Shown here: positions 25,370-38,842 of the stretch, one piece after another
How the letters are laid out: every line of letters starts with the position of its first letter
Position numbering within the stretch: the first letter of the stretch is position 1
Made by a program: the position numbers and the translations under genes
DNA from: Catajapyx aquilonaris
Lineage: Eukaryota
DNA: 64,000 nt
Assembly: GCA_000934665.2 (NCBI GenBank)
Contig: KZ538250.1
Location: forward strand, 1 to 64,000
Direction of reading: 5' to 3'
The notes under the pieces: model-generated
What the model was told of the DNA's origin: nothing
Databases searched by the model: none
The model's input: the letters and a program-made list of their open reading frames with translations, nothing else

Positions 25370-28300
25370 TACTTTATGGACGACCTCCTGCCTCTCAAGA
25401 GATTTTCTGCATGAAGTTCATTGTCTGGAATGGCGATACGTGCACATAGCATAAAATAAAAAATAAAATAAAACGCAACCTAAGAAGCAATTTAAGAATA
25501 GCACCGGTACAAGATGTCCGTAAGTCCCAAGTTAGGCTACTAGTAACCGGTACATATTTTATGAATAAACCGACCCTGGAATGACACGTAGCTTGAAGTT
25601 AGAATGATAATAAATCCAAATCAGTCTCCAGAATATCATTGTGACACGACCTACAGCAGACCCTCCGTCGCATAGAAACTGTACAGTTCCATGCCCTACA
25701 TGCTCACATGTATGTAAAAGTTCCGTGCCAGGGACCACTGGTGGCCGAATGACAACGATCTACCCGAGCAACGCAACAATAATTCACGGCGACACGCTCC
25801 TCAAGTGCGACTAAGTTCTCGACTTCTAGACCTCCGGACCAAAATTCGATTTGTTCGGGAAACGTGCTGCGTGCAATAAATAACACGTCAAGTTCCCACC
25901 CCGCTCTGACTCGCATTTTGTTTGAAGCATGGAAAAAGAGGAACCGGATAAAAAAAAGCAGCGATTTCCGCCTGCCTGACGCAGATGACTATGGAATCGA
26001 CTTTCCGGAGCAGCCGGTTGAATCAGGACCTTCGAAATAATGTCTCCCGACATTTGTGCCAACACATCCATCCAGCAGTTTCCTCTTCAAGACGATGTCA
26101 CTTCACATGGATGTTGTTAATCCCCTGGAGCTACACGTCCGTCATAATGATGACGTTAATTATCGTGGCAAAGAGGGAAGCAAGGTTGGCATGGAGCAAA
26201 GATGGCTCTTTGAGACTGGTTGTGGAAGGACAATATCCCAAGTTTCGAGGAGCAGACGTCAGAAACACTTGGCTGCATAATCATTTGGACTTATGATCTA
26301 CTCGAGGTGGTTGGAGGGGGTGTCGATTTTTTATTCAAGTTATGGCCGGAGGGGTCATGAGACTCATGACCCTTGATTGACAGTACTGACCCTGCAATTG
26401 TCATGGTCACCACAACAAGGCATTTATTCAAGATCATGGTCAGTCAGATACACGAGATTGAATATTCTGCGATCTACTTTCCGTACGCGTTTCATGGGGC
26501 AAATTCGATATGAATGATCCAATTGAAGTGCTAACTTTTTGGGAGAGGAAGTTGACGGCTTTCACAAGTATGTTTGTAGGAGGCACAATGTGGTTTCTAA
26601 TGACATGACGTGATTCATACTCAAAATGTCCAGAATTAGCCTGCTTAACTAACTTTAACATAATAAACTTGGGGTTAATAAGGCAGATCATAATTTTAAT
26701 AATTATTTGCCGAAAGGCATGGTTACAAAATCTATGAAGTGACATAGTAGGTACCGGTAGCTATAGGATATGATGGGGTGGAATCTCTCTCGCTGGCTGT
26801 AGGCCACTACTTGATTAACCCTACACAGGTATTGATTATGAGATAATTTATTTTTACCCATAGGTTGCACCTGAGCCTAATTAGCGGCGCATGTCGCTAA
26901 TAAGGTCCAGTAACAGCCCTTCCATTGCTATAATGTTTTTACACGTAGCATAAAAATTGTAGGATAAATATGGGCAAGAGAAAACCAAACATGCCAGAAG
27001 GGATATGTGCGTATCATGATGCATTTTGATAAGAGATACTAATTTCAACCAACATTATAGCCTTATACAGTGTGTCTAGTTAGGCTGGCCATTACGGTAG
27101 ACTTACTAAGTTTGCATTAGGGTAATAGCCGATGCATGAGTGATATTATTTTCTCCGAAACTTTATTTTAATAATGAATGTATGTGCACTATAGTACCAA
27201 GAATCATGTTGTGCCATCATTATCGGTATTTTTGCTGTATGTACTGGTTGAAAACACAGTAGTGCTGAATACTACCGCTTCAATTTGCACTCTGAATTAC
27301 GTTGCTGTGTCTTCATCAGATTTGCCCGTATGATTTTTTGCTTGTGTTATAACATAACAAAATGAAGCTGGAATGCACTCTACGGCATGAGTTTACAAAG
27401 GCACCGTATACCTCTCATTGAATTCCGATACTGAGCTATATTGCACCTACACTGACGCCGAGGCAACTCTAATTATTCTATAATATAGTGTTTTGAGCGC
27501 ATGAATTTTTGTGTTCTCTCATATGTCATGTAATACGTATTACATTGGCTGTCATAGACAGAGAGTGAATATACAATTTGTTGCATTTTGTTCATTTTAA
27601 GCAGTTTTTTCTGATACCTCACATGCGTAATACTGATTATGATGTAAGTACTGAGGGATATAAATTATATTACTGTATTAATATCGCATAATCTGTCATG
27701 GTAATGGACTAGAAAACACATTCCTCGTGTTTCCTCTAGTCAATAATTTATTTGCACAAACATACCGCATAGTACCAAAAATGTCTCTGCTCATTTACAA
27801 AATGCTCATTTGAACCGGACATCGGAACAAAGCCTGATATATCATATTTGACCACCGAAAGGCATGAAAATATGTGATACTCTGCCCTGTGCTGCTAAAA
27901 GACTAGTTGGAATGGAGCCCGAGTACCTCTTCACATTTTGCAGAGCTCATGCCGGACAACAGAACAGGCAATTAATATGAATCCAGGCCCGAGTTTTGAA
28001 AAGACAAGAATACAAAGTAGCTGGAAATATTTGGGATGTGCGGAGGAAGAAGAGATAAAGGTATAGCGGCAGCACGTAATTAATAGCATCACGTCCCAGT
28101 GCGCTTGACCCACTACGTGTCCATATGAACTCGCCATTATTCTTTGGCCTTCACTATTAATTATGCCACAAAACAAGCTAATTAGTCGCCTGGTGGCAAA
28201 TTCTACCGACTGTTATCTGTAAATCACGTGAACTCGGGCATTGCATAGTAGCTCAGTTCGATATGATCCGCAGACAAAGAGGCAGGCCGGAATGGGATCC

Positions 28301-29146
28301 CCTCCCAGTGTTATCCCCCCCTATAGTATGGGCCCCAAACTTTATGAGAAATGACCTGGGCTCCCAGTGAAACGCTGTTGCCACGTCACTTTTATCCTCT
28401 TTTTTTGTTTACTAGCGAAAAGAGCCTGTTACGTTTAACAATGTGGTCCTGATGTATAAACCTTTAGAGTACAATGCAATCGGCTGGCAGCAAAACTCGG
28501 GATCGGAGAATATAATACTGTATTGTACATGCCTTTATTTCTTATGGAAATCAGTTTCAAATAGTTCACCTAGATATCTACTGGTTCGTATTTTTGGGTG
28601 CGTGGCTAGGGTGCATGGCTAAGGGAGAATGTGTGAGGTTTTATAGTTACCCTTGCTTATCAGCATCATTTTGTCGAATATTTATGGGACGGTGATGGGA
28701 CCCAATGTACTGCAATGCCCGACACACGCGATTGGGCAGTTGCATGGAGTGATGGCAAATGGGAATTATTCACTGCTTTTGTGAAGCAAAAAATGAGCGT
28801 AGGTAAACTAGATCAGTAATTGGCTGTTGGTAGAGAGTTAATAGAATCAAAATGTGTAACAGATGCTTTTGTTCGTTGAATTCTTTGTAATTTTTTCATA
28901 TGATTGTACAAGTGGAAAAATAGGGGTTCCACGTGAGTCAATGATATTTATATGTGTGTCTTTAACCTTAAAAATAATGTTTCACCGCGAGAACGCCTGT
29001 GATGTACGACACATCTCGTTCAGAGGCATCAACAACAATCCTATCAATGACAATAAGTTCCATACAAGTTATGTCCCTCCGTACAACATATTTAACTTCT
29101 ACTTGTCACTGTATAAACCATTTTTCTCTCTCTCTCCTATTTCCAG

Positions 29147-29274
29147 AACTCACAATCTGACCAGATGGGACCACTTCCACCTTGGGATCCGGCGGTGGGA
29201 ACTGTACTCGGAAAACAAGTCCGCTGTCGACGAACTCCTGACGGACATGTGCACTCTGCCCATCGTTCATATCA
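29147..29274 (+). CDS. FAM20C: FAM20C-type secretory pathway kinase, internal exon (start of conserved region)
   Basis: ttccag|A...ATCA|gtgagt; translates THNLTRWDHFHLGIRRWELYSENKSAVDELLTDMCTLPIVHI, matching the FAM20 W-x-x-F-x-x-G-I...ELY segment; phase 2 in, phase 1 out. Confidence 0.88.
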
Positions 29275-30227
29275 GTGAGTAGCCCATCCCGTAAACTGTC
29301 TCTGTGTGTGTGTGGCATACGTGACCCCTCTCGCCCTGTCCATCCCACCACCTCCCCCCATGAGACGAGAGTAGTGCATCGGGTTCAAATTCATTTTCCA
29401 TGCTGCGACGGATTCTGCTATAGTTGTAGCGGTCATTAAACAGAGCCCGGTGGCTTAGTCAGTCCAGCTGTATCGCGGCAAAAGCAAGACAGTCAGTCAT
29501 TCCCGGACATTGGGATACCCCCACCTCCATGTACACCATACTCTCCCGGATAATAGAGAGCCGAGCTCGCGTTGAATAAACGAGATCGACGTTGGGTTTT
29601 GCAGGGGTGCTCAAATTGGTTCAACTGTCACTGTTCGCAATTGACCAACAAACACAACAAGCACGAGCTGGACTGCGTTGGCGTCTATGCCTAGAGCTGT
29701 TCTTGACAGCTGGTGGTCAGAGCACCTATAGGAATTGTCAGTACATTGCATTGGCTGGACTTTGATTGGTTCTCAGAAAGGGAAGATTGACGACAAAACT
29801 TGGACTAAGGGTGTCTAGCCTGTAGCTAAACTATAGAATAAAAGAAATAATGAAGAGTGGACACCATTGTTCCCTGTGGAGAATAGGGAGTGTCCATCGA
29901 CTTGGATCGTAATCATTTTAATTGGATGTTGTTGTTCCTGTCTGTTACGTAAGTGCACTTCAGTTTTGTAAAATTCTATTTTTATCTTATGGAGATGTGT
30001 TTTAAAGTTGCCATTTTTATTTCCAGTTTTATGTTGCTAAAAATTGTTGCAATGTTCATTTATTTTTAATTATTATTGAATTCATTGATGCTTGAGTGCA
30101 CTAAGCATGGATTTTATGATATTTTGGATAATATCCTGAGCTTAGGCAGCCAACATGGATTATTTTGGTAAAATTTTAAACTGACTCAAGTCAGCATGCA
30201 CCGTTCACTGTATAGCATAAGGCTATA

Positions 30228-30540
30228 CAGGGTGTTACAGGTAACTCTGGCAAAAATCACAGAGTCGGTAGAGGCCCCACAGGCAAGTGTTTTGAGCTTA
30301 GGTATCCATGTCCGAAAATGCCCCTCCTTCGTCTCCTCCACACGCGACACACCTGATGAACGCAAGCTTCGAGTACGATGGGTTGCCTACCCACCAGGCG
30401 CAGCAGACCAAAGGTTGAAACGGCCGTACCCCATACGGGGGCATTTCCGGACGTGGGTAGGCCTACATAAGCTCAAAATACTTGCCTGTGGGGCCTCTAC
30501 CGACCCTGTGATTTTTGCCTGAGTTACTGGTAACACCCTG
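30228..30540. mobile_element. Mariner/Tc1-type MITE, 313 bp, about 95-bp TIRs, TA TSD
   Basis: TA|CAGGGTGTTAC...GTAACACCCTG|TA. Arms share GGCAAAAATCACAG, GTCGGTAGAGGCCCCACAGGCAAGT, TTTTGAGCTTA and AAATGCCCC in inverted orientation. Confidence 0.88.
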
Positions 30541-32818
30541 TAGCTTATGTATCCTTGGCCACTTCTTTGATAGTTTACAAGGAACTAAGTAAAATCGAAG
30601 TAGGCCTAGCTACATTATTATTTCTAAACATTGCTGTAGTTTCCTAAATCTGTCCAACCCTTTCTCGTCAGTAACACAGTTGCCAGCTACAGGTTTTCCC
30701 ACAATAAATCCAAAATGTCAACCACCTGCACTCTCCGCAAGTCTACCGTGGCATTTTGTGCAGCGTGACACTGACAATTAACATTTAAACCAAAAGCTTC
30801 TGCCTCCTGGTATGAGGAATCCGGATTAAAAATAAACCAGGGTCATTCTCAGCGTACAAATCGGACACATAAATGAGGTTGGCGACACGTACAGTACACA
30901 GGACATGCAAGTCATTCTCACGTAAAACTCACGAGTTTGCATGAATATACCATGAACATAACTTCCACGGACGTCCGATCTGTAGACGTCCCTGGCTCAA
31001 TTAATTTATTATTCCACTTCAAAATGAGATACGGGCGTCAGGGCTTGTCACAGCTTCCACACAGAACTACTAGATGGAGCCAAAAAGTCATCCACAGAGT
31101 GGAGCAGTTGGATCGGTCAATGCGAACCGTTTAATAGCAACGAGAATAACAAGTACAGTCCCATTATAGTAAAGTAGCATGGAATTGACCTCCGACAGTG
31201 CAATAGCTGCTATTATTACAAACCGGTTGGGGCGACAGACACGTTGTGGTGTCGCCGGCTGATCGGAACACATGGCAGACAATTAATTAATAGGTGCAAT
31301 TGTATTGGACCCATTTGGAAGGGGGTGGGAGGATGACGAATCAATCGATGTCCCCTCCGATGCGTGATGCCCTTTGTTTTGTTTCGCAATAGGTAGTATT
31401 AGTGTTATTATTTAACCGTGTAAATTCTGATTCGATTCAAATGTACCGTTTTCTTATCCGTGTTTTTTCGCTCCAGTTGTGTAAGGGAAGCTAAAAATGC
31501 GGTTAGGATCGGTTAACACCCAGATCTATAACTTGAGATGACGGCTCATCTATAGTGGTAAGTGATAGTCATGCACGTGCAGAAGGTACCGTACTGTGAA
31601 ATATCTCTCTAAATGACGTATGTGACCGTAAATGAGCAGGTACTGGTGCAGATATCGAGTAAAAATATTGCATTGATTTTATCCAGGAAGTTTCGTAATG
31701 TGCATGGGAGGCAGGGAAGGATGTGACTATATTTGGGACTTTGGTGTGAAATTTACATTCACAGGTGGGTCCAGGTGGTCTGCCTTTATTGGAGCGAGAA
31801 TAGCCTCACATATGCACGTGCAGAGGTGTTCAGCCTAGATTCCAGAAGGTTTCTCATTTAATGAACAGTATGCATGGTTCGCGTCAGATTCAGGAAATGG
31901 TTTCGGTTGAGAAATGTTATGCTTCGTGACGTATTGACTAGGTCGACTTCAAATGTATTGGAAAAATCCTTTTCGAGTCGCATTCAATTAGTACCACATT
32001 TAGCTGACGATAAAAGAATCATCCAGATACGCGTATATCAAGGCGCATGCGTACTGCCAAATTTACTTGCATGCTCGTTAGCTCGAGTGTGTGTTTTTTG
32101 GGTTCATTTTGGTTTTACTGGCACTAGTTTAATTCGAGTTTCTGCCGACTGTCCTTTTGAGACACATAAAACCGCTTAAATATAACATGATTCTGGTGCG
32201 ATTATATCGTACATTCTTTTTTAGTTCATGGCACTCGTGAGAATGTATACCTTAAAGTGGATAGTCAATATTTAAACCTTTCTTGCGGATATTCCACCTC
32301 TTCCACATTGGAAAATTATTCTCGCACTGTAATGTGCTGCTCCGGGACAAATTGGAACTAAGAAAACTATATTTCAGAAACTATCTGGAAAACACATCCT
32401 AGCGTATAAATGTCGATGCTTTTTTCCCCCCATATGTTTCACCTTGGGAGAGTACACCGACGAGTTTTTCTTTGATATGAAAAATAATATATCCTTCATT
32501 CAATGGCGGTATTGATATTGCCGCACGACAAAGAAACGATGATCAGCTGCAAAAATGACATCTTCCCAACAAGCGTGTCAGTAATAATTGTATACTCTAA
32601 TTTGACTGAGAAGGAGGGCAGGTTAATGTCCTGTGCATAACTATAACGCTAGCCTCCCTGTTGTAAATCATGAGTGGGTTGGGTACTCAATTAATGAAGA
32701 CAGTGCATTCCCTATGTGAAGTCCTATGCCGGATGTCCTGTCATTTTATTACCCAGCACCACAGGAGCGGATGGCCTTTGAATCTACCACTCAACAAACT
32801 GTCTATCTCCCATTTCAG

Positions 32819-32897
32819 CTCAGAAGGAGGGCGGCACGCAATTGAAACTCATCATCGACTACAGTAATGGTGGCCAGGCTCTTTTCAAGCCCATGAG
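32819..32897 (+). CDS. FAM20C: FAM20C exon (79 nt): Gly-rich loop and ATP-binding Lys
   Basis: catttcag|CT...ATGAG|gtaagg; [27 protein letters not shown] contains the GGTQLKL and ALFKP hallmark motifs. Confidence 0.96.
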
Positions 32898-35800
32898 GTA
32901 AGGCACTATCAGACTCTCTCATATTACAGTATAGGACTCCAGTAATTTGCAATGAACTTATTATATAGGTAAGGTAAAGGCAGGGGGATAAAATTTTGAT
33001 TCTGTGGATCGTTGAATTTCTCCCGGATGGGATGCTTGCCGTTTGGCTTAGGTGTTTTATTTATACCGGAATTGGCAATGCTAGTGACGTTATGTAGTTT
33101 CCATTACGGCTGGTAGGAAGCTGTTAGCGGACCGAAGTGGGATGTACCATTTTTACCTACGGAGGGTTTTTAAAAAACTTTGCGGGTTTTTCTCGTCAAT
33201 AGTCTCACGGAAAATTGTTGCAGCAGAACTGACCAATTGGTACTTTTGGATCGAATGTTGCGTCAGGTGAACGTAAACTAGCTGATCGCAATTATAAGTA
33301 ACAGTCAACGACGACCGCTGCATTTGACCATTATTTTTACTAAACTACAGATTTGCTTTGCGGCGGAACGGGACTACATGCATTGTAATATTGAATTTAC
33401 GACATAATGAGGAACGCCTTGCATTATATGCATTCCATCTTAATATTGCCATAGAATTTTAAAATTGTTAATTACATTGTTAATATTATTAAAAAAGTCA
33501 TTGGTACCTGTTTTAAAGCCGAATGCATTATTGGGACAGCAATCACAAGTAAGCTAACTAACAAAGACAGTTTGGATAAGAAAGTGTGTGCTGTTCTTCA
33601 TGATTCAGTATATAACAGCTGTGAGGTGCAATACCCGACAGTGCTCGGTGAACTCCTATCCAGTGAAATTTTAATAGCACCCACTAGAATACAACCTATG
33701 CTAAAGTCTCACTGTAATGTGAAGTGCAGGACGGACACATTGTGAATCGATGGCCTTCTACTTTTGGCTTAGATTATTAATTCAAGTTCTGTACACACAA
33801 TATTGAAAACTTGAGCCAATATGCGCACCACTTAGCAAAGACCTTGTGTTAAGGTGTGTGTACACGTGTAATATACTGTATTATACCCATAATATGTTAT
33901 ATTCTCACCAGTGGTTTACTGCATGGCATGCAGGAAGTGCTCTATTCGAGGCAACATCAAGTAAATATGTAGACGCCGATGAACTTTGCATTCCACTTCG
34001 CTTCGGTAACCCACATTTCACGTTGCTGCTTCCATTTTAGTCTGGGATAGACAGCAATGTGTACTGTACAGTGCACGAGTCACATGCCAGATTGATCAGT
34101 TGTGTTGCCTAGTGAGTAGGATGAATGTGCTAAACGGAGGCCATAAGCCAGACCAACAGTGAATTCACGGAACGAGCATCAGTATAGACGTTTGGTAATA
34201 TGTAGCGGCTACAACTTGGAATCTACCATCTGTAGACTGAAAAGACGCAGCAGAGAGGGAGACACATTTGGTTTATTTAAGTAGAACAGCAAGGCCGCTT
34301 CTTTGTCTTTTTCCCTGTACACAACGTGTTTGAGAGCAAAGGGATTGACATTGTTTTTGTTTCGTTTGTCTCCCCCAATGGTCTGGATGAGAGGCCGATG
34401 TGCAGTGCACCGTGAATCGGGTCGAATCCTTTCCCTCATGGGGACGTCGCCTGTTGACTGAGTGACTGAGTGACTGACTTTCCAGACCCTTTTCTCTCTA
34501 ACTGACATTGGAGACTGGCTTCCTCCGGCAAAGCCAGGAGGTCATTAACCAAGTCGTGCAAATCGGATGTTTGACGCTCAGAGTTGAGGAAAGCGCGTCT
34601 CCTTAAAGGAGAAAAAGAAGGCATCTTGACCTACTCATAGTCGACAAGTTTTGATCAAAATCCGGTTTGTGTAATTATTCACAATAATTGTTTTAGGATG
34701 TAATAAATTGTACTAGAGGAATCGTCTGCATATAGTACTTCTCACTGATGGTAAGAGGGCAGGAGGTTGATGCCAGCGTGACCGAAGATCCTAGTAACTA
34801 TTATAACAACCTACAAGCCACATAAAGCTATAAGTCGGAATGAATCGTCCGTGCTGCTCGACAATATATTTAGTACTAGGTTAGTTTCATTTTAAATAAC
34901 ATTATTCATAAATGTCCCTAGAGAGGGAGATCGGTCACTTGTGAAGAAAAGCTACCGCATATTTGTTATAGATGTTTAGTAATTGATCATGTTATTATTG
35001 TATTATTATAAAATATACTTTGTTCCCATAATTTTTGGCTTTCAATATGTTAGAGCAACTGATCGGAAGGATACCCGCCTCGGAAAGACTAGCTCGTTTG
35101 TTACACCTGCATCCTGTCGGCTATTGAGCTTCTTGCGTCTATTTCTGTTTTTCTCCGCTATTGGCCAGTCATGTTGCTTGGAGCCTGTTATTGTTATCTG
35201 GAAAACTAGGGGCTGGGGTTCGTATCACGTATGATGAACTGTTTGGAGGGGGAAAGTGGAGGTTGGAGGGTGGGGGAAGTTTTTAACAAATAACTACACT
35301 TAGAATAACTTATGTTGCAGATGATTCCCAATGATAGAAATGAGCATGATATTCTGAAAATGAAAAGCGGGTGCAATTCGACATTATGGGAAAACAATCA
35401 TTTTAGATTGGAATTTTATCCTGTAATGGAAAATGGGTAATATGAATTCAAGCATTAGTTCGGATTGCAATGTAGGAAAATTCCCCAGTGGCTCTTTGTG
35501 CTCCAGTGGATAATAAGGTTGCCTTCGTATTAACAGACTAATGCCAGTAAAATATAAATCGCCTGTGCATTAAAAATATTTAAATGACGAGAAGAGGTGC
35601 CAGACTATGCTAGTAATTTTAAAATAATTTTCAGGACACTTTAATGAAATATTCTCCATTGATATGGGAGTGTGGGTAATACAAAAATATAAAGGTGCCC
35701 TAAATACAACTGTCACTATACGTTAAAATGCATATGTATCTTTTTTAGGCATACCAATATTTTGTACACATAAATGCGTTCACAGGGATGATAATGTTTC

Positions 35801-36240
35801 GATGTCCCTGTACAATTACGGAAACAGCACTCATCAGAATAACTCAATTTACATTACATTCAGCCAACAGTTCCGGTTTGTAAATTCATAAAACCGGGAT
35901 AAACTAGTGCACCAATACATGCACATTAAAATATTCCACAAAAAATCCAAGCTGAACGTTACACCCAGCGCAATAATATCATTATCACTTATCCTGACGT
36001 TCGGTGAACCTTCTATTCAGCTGCAGTACACCGACTGTAATATTATTATTATTCGGCCATCAAACAATTTGTTTTCGAAAGGATACGGTACTATAATTAT
36101 GTTCAGTTATGCACTGTTTTGCTGCAAAAACGTTGCATACCGTATACTAGCTCCAGTTAATAGTGCTAGATCGCATCTACCATCCTATTTATTATCTATA
36201 GCACTATACTTGCCCTTCCTGTCCTAATGACTTTGTGCAA

Positions 36241-36362
36241 TGGTAGAAAGAACTGCCTTGTACCCCGGCAAGCAGCGCCAAGTGGCCAGGCAAGCTCGAG
36301 CATGCTTCCATTCGCGCCCGCATTGACTCTGCTTGCGGGGGTACCAGACAATTTTTTTTCCA
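36241..36362. repeat. Imperfect inverted repeat, probable decayed MITE
   Basis: Left GTACCCCGGCAAGCAG versus right CTGCTTGCGGGGGTAC, with weaker flanking matches. Confidence 0.55.
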
Positions 36363-37453
36363 GCTGTGTACTAGTGCATACAATAAGTTACATCTCAGGA
36401 AGGTTTTGCCCTTGGAAATAACTGAATGTTCCAGAAATTTCAAGGTTTTGTTCTGAGAATTTCGTGCGTATGCCTCATGTTACATCATTATAATCGTCAC
36501 CTTGGCGTGCGTCCGTGCTAATTTTTGGGGGATATTTATCTTGGCAGTGTGTCTCACTCAGTGCACATTCCGAGAAAGTAAGCTTAATGGGGATGAGTTA
36601 CATTTTGCTTGGAAATTACTCTTCTATAAGTAATGAGATGGTGGCTCTTTTCCTCCCGGTAATTCTGTGTAGTCTATTGGTATCATAGGCTAAATTATCT
36701 CTAGAATTGGTTCAAAACTGTGGGTTCAGACTGCCTATTTTGTTTGCAGCGTTGACAAGTTTAAAACCAGGTTAAAAGATTATTACATTACTTGCCAACT
36801 GACTGCATGAAATTCAAGTAGATGTAATTATATGAACTCCCGCAGACTCAAAATTTTATATCGTAATTAGCATGCATGTTACGGTTGCGATCACATTAGT
36901 TAAATCTAAAATGCGTCATAGTATTCGTACAGTATACCGTATAATAAATTGTTAGTACGGATTTACAGTCAAATGAAAAGTGGTTCAAGAGGTAGCCAAA
37001 TTTAATTAAAGGTGCTTAATGGCAACTATTGACTCATTGACCTTACTAATGGTGTTTATGGATAGCTACACTTTTTGGCACGATTCTGGGAGCTGTACTG
37101 TAGATGCCCAGATACCTGTAGCACTGACCTTGCACGTTGTCCAATAGACCTGGTGATACATGATACCGGGACTCTTACTGTATGTACGATTTTCACACGT
37201 ATGCTGACGCATATGAGCAGCAATAATGTCAAAGCTGCAACACAGAGTAAACTCCAGCAGCCTGTATTACACAATTTTGTAGCTATTTCAGAAGATATGG
37301 TAGTTTTTACATGGTTATCATAAACTACTGTTTTCACAACGTTATCAGAAGGTATTACGACTTCTGATAAGCGGATTTTAAAATATTAGCGGGCTAAAAA
37401 GCTGTTAAGCCGACCTGATGGGAATTTAGGAGATGAAGCTATGAAGGCTATGA

Positions 37454-37959
37454 AGGGTGTTTCCAAAATGCGCTTATTCCTTGAAAATGTTAAATAGTAA
37501 ATTTCCATATTTTTGGATAATAATTCTTGCCCCAAGTTGTTTTTTTTTTTTTTAAATGTCACCTATGTTTCTAGAGCCATTTCGTTGGGCCATGCCATCA
37601 AATGAATAAGGAATGATGTGAACACCTATATGTATGGCATTAAGCTGCTTAACCTAAGCAGTCACTTTTGATGGTTAACAAATATGTTAGCTGCTAATAG
37701 TATGAAAAATTGAATCACATGTCCAAACGCCGTATAACAATGAATTTGAAATTTGAAATGGCGCATTGGAGCTTATGGTCACAGAACATCAATGACTGAA
37801 CCAATTTTTGCAGGTCATAAACGGTTATACACAATCTAAAATTACCAGCTAATATTTTGATAACCACTAAAAATAACTGGTCCAAAGTAGATGCTTAAAA
37901 ATAAGCAGCCCAATGCCAAAAACTGCAAACCACTAATATATTTCAAATGGAACACCCTG
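37454..37959. mobile_element. Possible decayed mariner-like non-autonomous element
   Basis: Right end TTTCAAATGGAACACCCTG|TA resembles a mariner TIR. Left AGGGTGTTTCC matches only partly. Confidence 0.35.
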
Positions 37960-38749
37960 TACTGTGTTTTACGTGTTTTTCAGCCACTTTCCATCGATCC
38001 AGGATGGTTCTCTTTTGCCACAGTTGAAACGCATATATAAATTATATGAGTACTTACCCCTGCCTATTTCGGTCTATTAACATTTAACAGTGCAGTATTA
38101 ATATTTTAGAAGACTTATTGTACGTGTATTTAGCAAATCAATACATCTCTAACACTGCTAGAGGCTTATTATGCATTACAGTGTATGTTTGTCTGAGTTA
38201 AATCAACTGATGTGTTCAGTCAGTTGTTAATAATACGAAATGTGAACGTGCTTGATTGTAACGGAAATCGTAGTCAGTACTTGATTATTGAGCTCCGAAC
38301 CTGATGCAAATTATGAATTCTCGTCGGTATTGCATATTTACCAGAAATAAAATGGACACCCTATAGTTCACAATCATTCATGTTTGCGCGAGAAGGTACA
38401 GATCGTAACTCCTGCTTGAAGGTAATTAGTAAGAAATCACTATACGGTACTTTCAAAAAAAGGGCGTTAATTTTTATGAGTTGGATCAAAAGGGAAATAT
38501 TGTCATTTTTTCTGGTGTAAGTGAGCAGTTATCAGAATGCATAGGGTCTATTATTTAATGTGGCAATGTATGATTACATTCAATAGGTTTAACAACAACA
38601 ACAACAATAATGATGATGATGATAATTCCTGGATTTTTGCGTTACTCAGTATAGAAAGATTGAAAGTTTATCTGAGTGATATTATACTCCAAACAACTGA
38701 AAACTGTTGCAGCCATTGATGGATGATTGATTTGTCTTTGCCTTGCCAG

Positions 38750-38842
38750 GTTTCCTCGCGAGCAGCAGACTCTACCCAATCACTTCTACTTCACCGATTT
38801 TGAGCGACACAACGCTGAGATCGCAGCTTTCCATCTGGACAA
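38750..38842 (+). CDS. FAM20C: FAM20C exon (93 nt) with the [13 protein letters not shown] motif
   Basis: ttgccag|G...GACAA|gtgagt; [31 protein letters not shown]. Glu in DFERH indicates an active FAM20C rather than FAM20A (Gln) or FAM20B (Asp). Confidence 0.97.

Noticed and set aside
25985..26296. GC-richer ORF-like stretch after a CAG, considered as a FAM20C upstream exon
   Set aside because: No good pyrimidine tract or donor, an early stop in the most protein-like frame, and no FAM20 similarity.
28863..29146. 5' extension of the 139-aa ORF as a FAM20C N-terminus
   Set aside because: AT-rich intronic read-through upstream of a clear acceptor at 29146; the same applies to the extensions of ORFs 53949-54302 and 60695-61048 beyond their splice sites.
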